Part shown: positions 8,241 to 21,371 of the stretch, piece by piece
Layout: the number at the start of each line of letters is the position of its first letter
How positions within the stretch are numbered: the first letter of the stretch is position 1
Assembly: GCA_023345925.1 (NCBI GenBank)
Contig: JAJQQN010000304.1
Span: 1-32,885 of the forward strand
DNA length: 32,885 nucleotides
Direction: 5' to 3'
Source of the DNA: Vannella sp.
Taxonomy: Eukaryota
Translations under genes and position numbers: made by a program
The notes under the pieces: model-generated
What the model was told of the DNA's origin: nothing
Seen by the model: the letters and a program-made list of their open reading frames with translations, nothing else
Databases searched by the model: none

Positions 8241-11200
8241 ATGGGGCGTGGGACGACGCACCGGCTCCTGGAGACGACTTCGGGGGAGATTGTACGTAGT
8301 CACGGGTGCGTGCACGCTGAGAGACTGATCGGGAGAAGTTCATCGTCTCCTCTTTGGCCACTCGCGCGGACACGCAGATCCTTCAGATTGACAGGGCCCA
8401 TGGTGCCGTTCGCTTCCATGGGAAGGTGGGAGAGGATCTATTTCAGAATGAGGAAGATGCCAAACGCTTCTTAACGAGTGTGCGAAAGCTCTCCTTCAAG
8501 ACGGAGCTTGTCTTTCCCGCTCTTCTTGGAATGGTTGTTACTCCGCGGAGTGCTGAGCTTCTAGTTGCGACCAAAGTTAGTTTATGTACCCTCTTTTCGT
8601 GCAACGGGATCTAACAGCTGGCTCCTAAAGGTACGGAGAGATATGAACCTATTTGGAGGCCATGCGTCACATACTGTCCTGGAGTCGCAGTGGATCAAGC
8701 TTCCGCTTGCCTATCCAAGTTTAGAAGCATTTCAAGAACCTAAAGACCGTATACAAGATGTAAGAAGCGCACTCTTCTGTCACGCTTTCCCCAAACTCAT
8801 GCGGAAGGTGATCTAGTTTCCCGTCGATGGCATGCACTACTACTGTGAGACCTTAGATCTAACGAACCCCTTTCCTAGCATGCGTGATGTGACCAACTGC
8901 CACACAGAGTTCTGCTGGAACGAGTATCTCGCCGAACCATTCGCTAGGGTGGGCCTCCGCGCTTGGTGCGTGGTTCTCCTGCAAGGCATCGCCCTTTCAA
9001 GGAAGTATACGCATCAATTCACTCCACAGCCATCTTCTCAAGAGCTTGACGAGCCCTCATCAGCAACAGAACGGCAAAACATCCAAATGCATGTCTGCCT
9101 TATCACTAGAAAGTCTCGTATCAACCCAGGAACGCGTTACACAGCACGGGGACTCAATCAAGAAGGAGGTCCTGGCAATGAATGTGAGTGTGAGTTCATT
9201 ATCTGGTGCCAGGAACAAGGCAATCCCCATTCCCCCGTGGAATGGACTTCCTATCAATGGCGCCGTGGGACAGTCCCTGTTTGGTGGCAAGCCACACTCA
9301 AGTCACCTGTGAGTGAACCAGGAATTCAAGTTCGGGCAGAGAACCCGTTCGAAGGGAGCGAGAAGTACTACAATCGCCTTTTGGACCGTTATGGCCAAAT
9401 TCAAATCACTTTAGTCAATATGCTCCGCTGTGACCCCAATCAAAAGGAAGTCCATCTCTCAGAGGCCTTTCAGGAGTCTCTGAAATACGTCAAAGGCCTC
9501 GTAAACATCGACCTCTGCCTCATTAAGTTCGATTGGCATCACATTCTCCGCCAGCTGGGTCCTGAAATCACGGCAGAGGGCTTCTGGTCCACTCTTCGGT
9601 CGGTTGTTAAGCGTACAGGGCTTTCTTCAGGGACTGTTTCCTTTGAAGCAGTCGATGAGAATGATCCCCAGCTTCCAGAATGGGTGGAATTGCAGGCATT
9701 CTGCCCCAGCGGATCTCTCGCCACTCATAACATTAAGCAGCGGCAAGTGGGTATTGCCCGCTTCAACTGTGCAGATTCTCTTGATCGCACTAACATTGCC
9801 ACATTCTGTAAGTCTTAAGTCGACTGCCAACCTCTTGAACTGACCAAAACTCAGTCCTTTCCCTTCAACTGATGGCAGAGATGTGTCGTCGCTTCGGTGT
9901 GGGACTGAATGAAGGATTCTGTGAAGCCAATGATTTCAATTTGACCACCGAATGGTCACTCTTTAACATGTCCCTGTCACTTCTGAAGAAAGCTCTCAAG
10001 AAGAGTCTGATTGATAATATTACGGAACTATTTGGTAGGAAGAATGGTCCTTGTGAGTCGAAGTTGAGCTAACTTGCTGCAAGTTTACAACGGCGATGTG
10101 ATAGCAATGCTCTACACTAATTCAATGGCAATGCATAGCGGTCTGATGCGAGAATTCTCAGAGAATGTCTCCAGCGCCCCGATTAATGCTGTGCTGGTAT
10201 GATCTCTTTCCACTCGCGCTTCACAGTCAGTGCTGACTTGCTTGGCCCATTAATTAGGCCATCAAACGCCGCTTCCATAATGTAGTTAGTGACCCAGGAA
10301 GGCAGATGCAGTATGAACTCTTCCTTGGCCGCCACCAGTATGTCTTCTGGCCTTTGGAGCTTTCTCCTTCTCACGTGTTGAACAGGCAGAAGACACCAAA
10401 CAAGAAATGGAAAGAAGAGAAACTTACTTTATTATCAGACCAGGAATCCGCTTGGGTGGTTAGCCAGGTTCCCAGCATGTTCAAGAATATGAACCCAAAC
10501 GTACTCTTCAGTTCTAACGAAACCACTTGGCTTTGTCCCGACCAAGTTAACGAAGTTCGAGTTACCATCTTCTTACCTCGGCCGAGCTGCGTTAAGGAAA
10601 TCGGATTGGTTATCTCTCATGGACAATGTGAGGAGATGGCGCCAGTCTGTATGGATGCCTATAGCGGACAATATCTCAATAGCATGCGCACTGTCTTCCA
10701 GAACAGACAACTTCCGCGGTGTTCTGCATCGCCCAAACTGTTCTTCAGTCTTCTTCCTTTGGATGACGTGAGCAACCACATGCGCCCATCTCATAGGATG
10801 TATGACTTTCACAGTCCTGAGCCACTCCTAGAGAATCTCACTAGAATCGTGAGTCTCGTTTTTCGAGGCGAAGGCATTGGGCGCTTGTCCTTGGGGAAAA
10901 TAGAGATCTATGGAACTTGCATCCAGCCCTCTAACTCCCCTCAAGAAGAACTTGCTTTATACCAACAAGAGAGGGCCAATAAGATTGCAGAAAGTCTTCT
11001 TAATCGGTCTCAGCCTGAATTCACCAAGCCCATGGGAATAGGATGGCTCCAAAGTGACTCCAATCGAGATACTAGGGACCTTTTATCCTCCAACCGACCG
11101 CGTGGATACTCCAACTCTTCAGATATAGACTCTCCATCACCCTTACGATCTTCTGCAACTTCGTATGTGATTCCTGATAATGACAACCTGGTCCCTTCGG

Positions 11201-13363
11201 ATCTCTTCGTGAGTGAACAGCTCTTCGAGAGTGACTTGAGCCATTTATCTGGCTCCAACCCTCTTGGGCCGTTGGGACCATCCCTTCACCCACTGTTGGA
11301 TGCTCCCTCCTCCAAGAGAGTAAGTTACTTTCATACCTTTGCAATAACAAGATACTCACTTGGTCTGTCCTCCTTTGTAGCTTGTAATTGACTTTGCCTC
11401 GGTAATCGAAGACTATGCTGGCACCATTATTAAAAGCAGGTCGAGCTACGGTAAGTTGGGCCTTTTGCAAGATATGAAGAGAGTGAACTCATAACCCAAC
11501 CTGTTGATAGAACAAGAAGGCCAACCGAGGGTCGTCGTGGTGCAGGAATTTGATGAATCTATGGAACCTCCCGCTCTCAGTGACGCTGAAAAGCTCAGTG
11601 GAAATCGTAAGCCCCCAAAGGCACCTTGAATCTTCAATAACCTTTGAGTTTAGCTCAGGAGCAGTACAAGCAGCTGGTGCTATTGAAGAAACGCTCCCGA
11701 CCAGGGCGAGTTTTCGAGACTGAGGGATTCTACACCGAACGCCCCGTGTTTACCCTCCTCGACCAATTGGAGTTGGAGCACTTCCGCCTTTCTAACAACC
11801 TTACCACGACAGAGCGCGATACTCTCCTTTCACAGATTCACGTTCCCACCCTTCTTGTGGACCCAACTCACTCAATCTACCCCCGCTCCCATACAGAGGA
11901 GGCGGTGCGCCAGAAGATCGAAAAACAAACGAATAAGCAGTGCTTCCAATGCAAGAAGAACATCAAAATCTTCCAAAACAACATCCAGTGCTGCTATTGC
12001 CACCATAACTTCTGTTCTGGTTGTGTCAAGTCTAATCTGACAACAATTCCGGAATACTGTTGGTCAAAGCCATCCACAGTGTGCAATGATTGCTTTGAAT
12101 GTATTCAGCAACAGAAAGCTTATATTCCATCCATTCTGAGTCTCATCCGTAAAGCCAAACCCAGTGCAAAGCTCCGCCGGAGTGTGCGTTTTTTGGCATC
12201 GGTTCAACGCTCTGCTCCATCTCGCTCTCTTACACGCTTTTCAAGAACCAAAATCAACGCTCCATTGAGTGACTATCCTGCTGCTGGTCTTCTCCACTCC
12301 GTAGTAAGTCCCCTGAACACTCCTTATCCTCACTTTCCTTATTCTCCCTCGAACAGCCAACACACGAAGATTCTCCCCCGGCCGAGGTGTTGTTGGTTTC
12401 ACCAAGCCTGGTACATTCACAAGCATACTGGTTTGCTCCTGAAGGAGTGACAGAAGTGGATTTAGATGTTGTTTTATCGTCAGAAGCACTCGTTTCTCAG
12501 CTAGCTTTAGTGATGGACCCTCTCGGCTTCACAAAACGTGACATTCCTTCCATTAAGGTCTACGCTGGAATGAGTTTGGATTCTCTCCACCACTTGGCGG
12601 ACTGGGCACTTGAGGAAAGTGTCACAAGGCCTAATCAGACTGTATATTACGCTCTCAACCAAATGGAGCATTGTCGTTTACTTCGTTTCTCCCTTCGATT
12701 GTCCCATCCTCATTCGCGACTGAGCACAAGCACATTAGCCCTTACAGAAGCATTCCTGCATCTCGGCAAAGTTCGTGTTTTTGGTCACCCAGTGAGCTCT
12801 TTCTGCGTTCCCAATAGTAAGTGACAATAGAGAATGGGTGCCCATTTGCAGGTATTAACTGAGAGGACAGTTTCAGTAGCTGAGCAACGTGCTTATCAAT
12901 CTTTCATGCGAATGGCCTCGCCCTTCACGAGGACCTCGGTAAGATACATTACAACTGAAAGTCGATTCACACCCTCACAAGTCATCAGCTCAAGACAACC
13001 AGTAACCAGTGGAAGAAGGAAGAACAAATGCAAGAAGTCAAAGTGGCTCCTGGAGTCAAAGTGAGCGGATTCAATATCGCCATCAAACACAGCTCCGAAG
13101 AGGGCATCGCCTCCCAAGTGAAATTGTTAAGGGTGTACGGTGTCACCTGTTACGGTGCCAAAAAGGTGATCTTCCAAACTACCTTTGAATTGCAAACATT
13201 CGTCATTCCCAAGTGCAGACCGAACCAGTTGCTGAGCTACCGCTTTGCAGATGACGTTACCACTTACCATCACTTTAACTTTGAGTGGGTCTCCAGCTAT
13301 GGGGGCCCTTTAGTCATCCCATGCGCCCCCAAAATCACCCTGTACAAACTAGACCAGTCCTAA
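8241..13363 (+). CDS. SAC9: SAC9-like phosphoinositide phosphatase (about 12 introns) with a FYVE-like zinc finger
   Basis: Catalytic CX5RT motif in SAC9-type context RFNCADSLDRTN; SAC-domain motifs PGTRYTARGLN, NECECE, WRRGTVPVWW; N-terminal LATRADTQIL..G.D.F; exons join in frame through GT-AG introns (e.g. 8292-8338, 8576-8630, 10035-10083). Confidence 0.85.
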
Positions 13364-13502
13364 AGGAGATGCACAAGTAAATACTGCTTTCTGGAGCCCC
13401 ATCACCCAAAAAGTAGAGTTCCTGCAAGTCAGTCTTGGCCGAGAACGGAGAGAAAAGTTCATTATCATCTATGTACATGGATCGAAGTGGCCTCTTTTGG
13501 TC

Positions 13503-14078
13503 TTAGATAAGAGAGCAGCCTCCCTTCTTCTTGATAGGAGCAGGCTGGAGGACAACGCGGATCATCTCGTCAAAGACATTGCGGAGACCACTTACAGTGA
13601 GAGCGGAACATTCCAGATACTTGGCGGCTTTGATTTCCCTCGCCAGCTGCAACCCTTGTTGGTGTTGTATGGGTGCCATCTGGTTCTCTGCAAGGCGTTC
13701 AATAGTGGCTTTGTCCTCTCGCAAGTCCAACTTGGTTCCCACCACGAGGATGGGGACATTGGGGCAGTGGTGGCTGATCTCTGGGTACCACTTGGCCTTT
13801 ACGTTCTCAAAAGAAGCTGGGGAGATGAGAGAAAAGCATGCTAAGAAGACGTCCGTCTGAGGGTAGGAGAGAGGGCGAAGGCGATCGTAATCTTCCTGTC
13901 CAGCAGTGTCCCACAGCCCCAGGTTGACGGGCTTGTTGTCCACCATCACGTTGGCAGAGTAGTTATCAAACACAGTGGGAACATAGTCGCCAGGGAAGGC
14001 ATTGGTGGTGTACGAGATGAGAAGGCAAGTCTTCCCGACCGCTCCATCGCCCACGACAACGCACTTGATCGATTGCAT
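13503..14078 (-). CDS. rac1: Rac-family Rho GTPase, no intron in CDS
   Basis: [43 protein letters not shown], polybasic KKK and CAAX CSLI. Exact paralogue uncertain. Confidence 0.95.
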   Translation of the reverse strand: MQSIKCVVVGDGAVGKTCLLISYTTNAFPGDYVPTVFDNYSANVMVDNKPVNLGLWDTAGQEDYDRLRPLSYPQTDVFLACFSLISPASFENVKAKWYPEISHHCPNVPILVVGTKLDLREDKATIERLAENQMAPIQHQQGLQLAREIKAAKYLECSALTVSGLRNVFDEMIRVVLQPAPIKKKGGCSLI

Positions 14079-14361
14079 GGTTCAGTTGAGGTGTATGTAT
14101 TGATAAGCATCACTAGCTTCCTGGCTTTATGTTCTCGTCATATCAGCACAAAAGGCGGTTTCACTTCAACTCCCCACTTCGCCCAATCTAAACACTTCAA
14201 GTAAAATGAACAAAAAAGGAATCCGAACCTTTGGTATCTCATTATGGTTTGATTCATTTGGGAGTTCATCAATCCTCTAATCCTTTACAACTTACGACAC
14301 CTTGTAAAGGATTTTTCTTTTCCGTGAGTGGACAGTTTCATTTTCGTTGGGTCGGTCGGTC

Positions 14362-15139
14362 ATGCCTCTGCTGTCGCCGGAAGGGAAGGCCAAGTTCATC
14401 GAAACATGGCAGAATCGCTATCCTTTGGATCGACCAGTGAGCCATGGTGTGTTCTGGCGTGATTGCCCGCAATACCTCATCCACATGAGCTTGTTGGGCA
14501 CCTCAATCGGTTTTACCGTGGGTGGGATGATGTATGCGCATGCTGGGCGCAAGTATCATAGATCACTCCTTGAAGACATCTCTCAGCAAAAGGGAAAACC
14601 ACCAGTGGGGGCAGTATCGCGAATGGGTGTTCTGACTGCTCGCACACTTCGCTTGGTTGGCTACACCGTCAAAGGAGGCCTTCACGGAGCTCTCTATGGT
14701 GCCACTAGCTGTATCCTTCGCAAGAACGAGTTCTCCGATCGCTTTGCCGTGTTTGGAAGCGGTTTGGTGTTCACCGCCCTTGGTCCTCTTCTCTGTAAGC
14801 CCATCCCGTTGCCCCTCTTCCTCCCACATTGCGGAGAGCTCTCATTTTAGCGAATTATTCTGATGTAAGGGATCCTCCTGCATAGGGCCTGGAAAGGGTT
14901 GGATGCGCTATGGCCTAGTGTTCACCTTCTTTACAACGCTCTTCACCTTCAACAACCAGGCCATGATGATCGATGAAGCCCACATCACCACAGAGCAAGC
15001 CCGTCGCGCTCGTGAGAGATTAGACAACCGAGCAGAGTTCGTCAAAGCCCGCTTGGAGGAGAACGCCCTTCACAAGTCCGATTACTATCGCCTCCACCCA
15101 GAGAAGCGCGAGGAGACTGGAAGATACGAGTTCTACTAG
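14362..15139 (+). CDS. Tim17/Tim22/NDUFA11-family mitochondrial inner-membrane protein (probable intron 14795-14885)
   Basis: DCP before a Gly-rich TM (LLGTSIGFTVGG), GGLHGALYGATSC, R...D...FGSG pattern; several Gly-rich hydrophobic segments. Confidence 0.55.
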
Positions 15140-15254
15140 ACCCAATACGCCTTCCCACCCCTCGTCCCTGTACATCAACCCTCCCAACCCCCACACTTCC
15201 ACAGAGTCGCGCTAAACAGCGTGAACGAGCAACGTAGCATAACTTAGTGATGTT

Positions 15255-16803
15255 TTACAAGTCGTCGTCGCCCTCAAAGCCGGGATTGAACTGGCTTCTG
15301 AAGTTGACCTCGCCCTTGATGGCTGGGACTCGGCTGGTGACAAAGAAGCTGATCCCGTTGATGCGCGTAGCAATGGGGTTGGGGATGGCAAGGACCAGGA
15401 AGAACGCATAGAGCAGGAACTCCACAGTCTCAGACACACCGAGGACAACCTTCCACTGGAGGGTGTAAGGGGCGTACGCCATGACGCACACCATGAAGGG
15501 CAGGACCAGGAACCATGCCGAATAGGAGATCAGGAAGACAGCAAGGAAGTGGCGACGGTCTGCATGGTGGACGCAACTGAGAAGGCCATTGAGGAGGAAG
15601 CCGATGTAAGCGACCAGTCGCAACATGAGCATGAGGAGGCCTGGTTTGGTGTTCCAGCGGTAGAGAAGCTCCGTGGGATTAAGTCCAGCGTAGATCTCTT
15701 GCCAAAAGAAGAGGAGAAGGTACACAAACAGCAAGAGGGCGCCGAGGGAGCGCGTAGGGCGGTTGAGGTCGACTGGAGAAGGGCATAGAGAGGCGATTTG
15801 CACGAGGATGAGCATGAACCAGATCTCTGCAAGGTTGCTGAGAACTGTTTGGCATTGAGTAATCGGTGGGAGATCAAAAGGGGAGCGTACCATCGGCAAC
15901 AACAAGGAAGCTAGGGATTCCGATCCCATTGGCAGCGTATGCGAGGTAGTGGAAGGCGTACAATACCATAGAACAGCATCCAAAGCTGACTGAGAAGAGG
16001 TAAAGATGCAAGTTCTGCCCCTCCTGAGTCAGTAAAGCCCACTTTGGGTTCACCAATGTACTAACCCAGTCCAATTCTCGGTTCTGAGAGACGAAGAAGA
16101 CTTGAAGACACACCAAAGTAGTCATTGCCAATACCATCCACAGTATCACATAGATAAAGTAGATGGTAAGGAGGTCCTGGTCCTCCACCGAGAATTGGTG
16201 ATACCACCAACTGCCGGGATTGGTCCAAGTCATCCTCGCCTTCATCTGTAGGTACTGTCCCTCTCTCAAGTCACAGTCACTGATGGTCCAGAACCAAGTC
16301 ACGGCTTGATTGGGCACGAAGAACTCGATAGCGAGGTCAGTCCCGTTCACAATGGAGCCCGCTTTGCCGCTGATGGGGTACTGCCTCGCCACTTTCTGGT
16401 CACACGAGAGAGTGTCGTTCTCCCATATGCTGGGGAAGTACCAGGGCTTGCCCTCCTCGTCATTGTAGAAGTTAAGAAGCTGCGCGAGTTAGAGAATGGT
16501 CTGGCCTGGCGTAGAAGCTCACAATGCGGTCTTGGGCAGCGTCTAGCTGTGGAGCAACATCAGATACTTGAAATAAAAGCCTAGCTACACCTGTGGATGC
16601 CCATAAGGACCAAGAAAGCAGTCCCCGTTCCCGTTTGGCATACCAGAGGACGGGTCCTCTCCCTTGGACACTGGCGAGAAGGTGAACTTCCCAAAGTACA
16701 CCGTATCTTGTGCAGAGTCTACCGTGCCACTAAGCACTCTTCCACGTGCCGGTAACACCATAAAGAGCACAAGCAGCGCTCCGAGTCCAACGCCCACTCG
16801 CAT
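15255..16803 (-). CDS. GPR180/TMEM145-like (GOST/IRP family) multi-pass membrane protein, 4 introns
   Basis: Signal peptide, then YFGKFTF, WFWTISDC, TWTNPGSWWYHQFSVEDQ, and multiple TM helices including FHYLAYAANGIG; exons join in frame. Confidence 0.78.
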
Positions 16804-16827
16804 TCCCGTTGCCCAGCCCTCCAGGAA

Positions 16828-17244
16828 ATGGTGGAAGCCTTATGTAGTAATGGACGTGTTAACCTTCTTTCATCTCGGTTACAGCTTCTCCCAATCTCCC
16901 AAAGTTTCATTCTCTTTCCTCCTTTTGGTCGCCGCCTTCTCCACCGGGCGACCGTTTTGGTCAGAACATGTAGAATCGGTCCTGGGAGTGATCTGGTATA
17001 CGTCCAACTTCTTCGTTCTCTCATGCCACGTACTACTGTAGCAGCAGCTGACCAGTGTCCCACCCTCCGTGACGTACCTCGCGTTTCAGAATGGTTCGAC
17101 AGTCGTGGGAACCCTATCGACGTCCACACCAAGATTTACGCCAACATAAGAGGCTCCCGTGATGAGGATCATCTTGCTCTTAAGATACATGAGGTTGATG
17201 AGCGCACGAGGAGGCTACATCCACAACCTCACTCATCCTACTGA
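16828..17244 (+). CDS. Hypothetical small protein (start uncertain: 16828 or 17023)
   Basis: 138-codon ORF filling an otherwise unusually long gap; no family recognised. Confidence 0.25.
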   Translation: MVEALCSNGRVNLLSSRLQLLPISQSFILFPPFGRRLLHRATVLVRTCRIGPGSDLVYVQLLRSLMPRTTVAAADQCPTLRDVPRVSEWFDSRGNPIDVHTKIYANIRGSRDEDHLALKIHEVDERTRRLHPQPHSSY

Positions 17245-17442
17245 GTCTGGACCCTCCTAAAAGCTGGCATCATCACTATGCCACAGATCTTCCCCTTCTC
17301 CTCTTTGCTCCTTGCTTCTTGATCCCCTTCTCCTCTCCATTCTATTTTTGGAGCAGTCGGAGAAGAAGAACTTTCCAAGCCCAGAAGGGAAGGGAAGGGA
17401 AGCTGTTGGTCAAAGCACCACTTTTTAGTGCGTTGACCAGAA

Positions 17443-20400
17443 ATGGACGAGTTCGAGGATGATGAGCTCACGCCAGCGTATCTGGAGAGGAGAGGGGCCA
17501 TCTTTCGTTGTGCAGAGTGGTAGGGGAGGGTATTGTGTCCGTTTGGGGACTTACTAACGGGTCCCTGTCGCGCAGTTTGCCGGCCCCGGTAGGGAATTGG
17601 TTGACCCGCGGGGATAAGGAAGCGCGCAACAAGAAGGCCATACTCATAGCTTGTCTTTCTATCGCTCTCATTCTACTGGCTCTCCTGTGCTTGGTTGGGC
17701 TGGTGGGCTTCGTTTATGCGAAGAATCAACCGGAAGAGTGGGATGATTCCCTCCTCCCCGAGTGGGCGGTGCCCTCCTCTTACCAGATCAATGTCATACC
17801 TGATCTAGCTTCCTCTACCTTCCAAGGAACGGTGCAAGTGGCTTTCACAGTGAGTCTTCTGTCTCTTTCTGCTCCTTTGTCTAAGAAGATGGTCTGGGAA
17901 GGTCACTGAGGGTGGACACAGCACTCTAGTTCTTCACTCATTGGGCTTGGACATCCAAAGCCTTGAGTTCATCACTACCGATGCCTCAGGGTAGGTTCTT
18001 GGGCCACTTTCGTCTTCCCAAGCTAACTCTCTTCGATTGGCAGAGCCAAACTTGACCCTGCGGATGAGATCACCTATGATGAAGATCTAGAGATGGTCTT
18101 CTTCCATTTGAACTTCAAAATGAGCCAGGGCCAGCGCTATGAAGTCCTTATCCGCTACACCGGTCCAATCCAGGACGGAACCGAAGGGTTCTATCACAGG
18201 TACGTCCACCAAATACGACGCAAAAGGACTGATGATCTTTGTTGAAGCTCCTACTTTGACGCAGAAGGCCACAGGCATTGGATTGTCTCGACCCAGTTCG
18301 AACCGACATCAGCGCGGACTGCTTTTCCATGCTTTGATGAGCCAAAGCTGAAAGCCACCTTCCAGATTAGTATAGAATATGTCAAGTCTGCTGACACCGT
18401 GGCCCTGTCCAATATGCCAGTGGTAGGTCAAGTGCCTTGTACCTATTGACTTTCCTTACCTTGGTGGCTGGAAGCTTTCCAGCGTAGATGGCGAAGATGG
18501 CATTACAAAGGTCATCTTCGAACCCACTCCGCTCATGAGCTCGTATCTTGTGGCCTACGTTCTTGGTGATCTCTCCAGTATTGAGGGAATGCATCATGTG
18601 GGTTCTACCAGTTCTCCAGGTTGACATCCGTCTCTGATGCGATACTTTTAGGAGACTATTGTCAAGGTGTGGGCACCTCTGGGACGGGAGGAGCAAGGCC
18701 GAGTTGCTTTGAATACGACTATTGCGGCTCTCGAGTTCTTCGAGACGTATTACGATCAGCCCTTCACCTTGCCCAAGCTAGATCTTGTTGCTGTTCCAGC
18801 TTTTGAAGATGGTAAGCTATCAGTCAAGTCCATTCGGGTGACGACAGATATTGATGGCGGTTAGATGCGATGGAGAATTGGGGACTGATGACTTTCAGCT
18901 TCGAAGACCTTCTTTATGACCCCGCCAATAGTGCGGCCGAGGATCTTCAAGCAGTCGCAGCTACTGTGGCTCATGAAGTGGCTCACCAATGGACTGGAGA
19001 CCTGGTAACAATGGCATGGTGGAGTGACTTGTGGCTGAACGAAGGCTTTGCGGAGTATTTCGAAAAGCAAAGCATCCATTTCATCTATCCTAGCTGGGGA
19101 ATGCGCGACCAATTCCTTATAGAGGATCAACAAGTCGCATTTACTTCTGATTCGCTTCACTCAACTCATCCAGTTGTGGAGCCAACCATTGAAGGGACTT
19201 CTGATGCATTCCAGATGTTTGATTCCGTGTCCTATAGCAAGGGGGGGTCCATTCTTCGCATGATGGAAGACATCCTCACTCCTGAGGCGTTCCAGAGCGG
19301 GCTCCAACAGTACATTGCCAAGTTCAAATTCAACAACTCCTTGACTGCAGATCTCTTTCAAAGTGAGAACAAAGCCACAGCTTGCACTCAGAAGCCACTG
19401 ACTTTCTCAATATCTAGCACTTGAACAGAGTACAGGCAAGCCAGTCACTGAGTGGTTCCAGAAATGGGTGTATAGCTCTGGCTATCCCGTCGTCACTGTG
19501 GATTTGAAAGAGCAAACGCAACTAACTTTCACACAGGAGAGATTCCTCAGCTCCATTTCAGAAGGCCAGATAGAGCACGATGATTTATGGTACCTCACAG
19601 TGAAGTATATCACTGCCGATGGTACCAAAGGGGAGGTTTCTTTCAACCAGCGCACAACTTCAGTCACACTTCCAGAGCCCACCAGCTTCGTCAAAGCGAA
19701 TCTCCTGCAAAACGGGTATTATCGCGTCCAGTACTCTCCTTCAATGTGGCTGGAGTTGAAGGAAAACATCCGCTCCTTCTCTGTCGCAGACCGAGCGGGA
19801 TTGGTGAATGATTTGCTGGTGCTTGCCAACGCTGGACGTGCCAAACCTTCCGCTGCACTGGAGTTCTCTGGGTTCCTAACCGAAGAACTGGACTACACTG
19901 TTTGGTCCAGTGCTCTATCAGAGCTAAGCTACATTGGGGAGATGCTTGAAACCGAGCAAGCTTATGGACACTACCAAAAGTACATGCAAAGTTTGCTCAG
20001 GGGGATAGTTCAGCATGTTGGGTGGTCTTCCAGTTACCCAGAAGCTCCAACCGATCATACGGAGTCCCTATTGCGATCTCTTATCCTCGAAACAGCAGTC
20101 GAATATGAGTTACCTGAGGTTGTCTCGCAAGCGTTGGTGATTTGGCAAGCATTCAAAGAAGAAGGGACTTTCCTCGCACCGTCAATCCGATCCGCTGTCT
20201 ACTGTGCTGGACTTCACTACGGAAACGCGTCAGATTACTACTTCTTACTTGACCATTACTTGAAGGAGACAGAAGCATCGGAAGTTATGCGGTCATTGGA
20301 CGCTTTGGGGTGCACACGCGTGTTTTACCTCCTTCAAGCCACTTTAGAGATGTCTCTGGATACCAGTCTTGTTCGTACCCAAGACCAAGAGATTGCCATC

Positions 20401-20697
20401 TCAGGAGTGTCTGACAATCCGTTGGGTCGGGACTTGGCGTGGAACTTTGTGCAAGCCAACTTTGATGCTCTCAACTCGTTTGGGACATCGCTCAGTGATT
20501 TGATTCCTGATGTGACTGAATCATTCAACGACGAGTTCCATTTGAAAGAAGTGACCGCGTTCTTCGATCAGGAGCCTGATACAGAAGGCGCAGAGGATGC
20601 AATTGAGGAGTCCAAAGAGACCATTGCAGACAACATTCAGTGGATGCTCATCAATGCGCCGGAAATCACTGGCTGGTTGCGCAATCATTTCCCTTGA
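17443..20697 (+). CDS. M1-family zinc aminopeptidase (APN/ERAP-like), type II membrane anchored, 8 introns
   Basis: N-terminal TM; TQFEPTSARTAFPCFDEP; MSSYLVA; xAMENWGL; HEVAHQW-...-WLNEGFA; SYSKG; ERAP1-like C-terminal domain. Confidence 0.95.
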
Positions 20698-21371
20698 TCC
20701 TGTCCAAAGCTTGATTTGATCAAATACACTCGTTTCTCCGTTTCAACTTCACAAATGCACTACTGGTCATCCTTTCACTGTTCGAGAGCTAACCACTTTT
20801 CATTGGCTCATCATCTGGGGCAATCAGGCTAGGCCTCCCGATCGGTCGCGGAATACTGAGTACTGGCCAGTGCATCCCACTTGGTAAACGGAGTTGTAGC
20901 CAGTAGAGAAGACGCCTCCTTGCGAGTCGAGACCACTCCCTGAGCCAACTGGACGCTCTTCCAAGACTCTTTTAACCTTCAATGAATCAACAACTCTCCG
21001 ATTTCTCTTTTCACGTGAGAGAGTAGACCTTCGAAGGAGGAAACCGACTGTGTTGTGTTGGATTGATCTTTCTTGTTCTTTCTTTGCCATCTCCAAGCCA
21101 GGCAGCCTAAACTAAATAGTGCTGGTCTTTGGATGTAACCGGGACAGCAACCAGTCCCACAAGATCGCCCAACGCGCTCTCCCATTCTCGCGACCAAGAA
21201 AGGCATCTTCAGTCTCTCAACTTTCGTCTCTTTGCGTGCACAGAAGGCAGCTCTCTCAATTGGTAGTTAATCAGAGAAGACCGGATGTCCTTGAGCATTC
21301 AAAGTGACTGGCGATGGGAAGGGGGAGAAGAGGAGTGAAGGGAATACGAATACATTTGCCAAGTGTGTGGC

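Noticed and set aside
8808..8816. Apparent in-frame TAG in SAC9 (possible readthrough or recoding)
   Set aside because: The TAG is the splice acceptor; using it gives the clean join IQD-FPVDG.
13503..14078. Intronless Rac gene as a possible retrocopy
   Set aside because: With about 2 introns per kb, a 576-bp intron-free CDS is not unlikely; no poly(A) tail or TSD seen.
17159..17244. GTGATGA...ATGA..TTGATGA...CTGA arrangement like a box C/D snoRNA
   Set aside because: Motifs are explained by Asp/Glu codons in the ORF, the terminal stem is poor and I recognise no rRNA-complementary guide; an Rfam or snoscan run would settle it.
20770..20820. Minus-strand ATGA..AAAA..GA hairpin resembling a SECIS element
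   Set aside because: AA-to-GA spacing too short, weak lower helix, and no recognisable selenoprotein ORF upstream.
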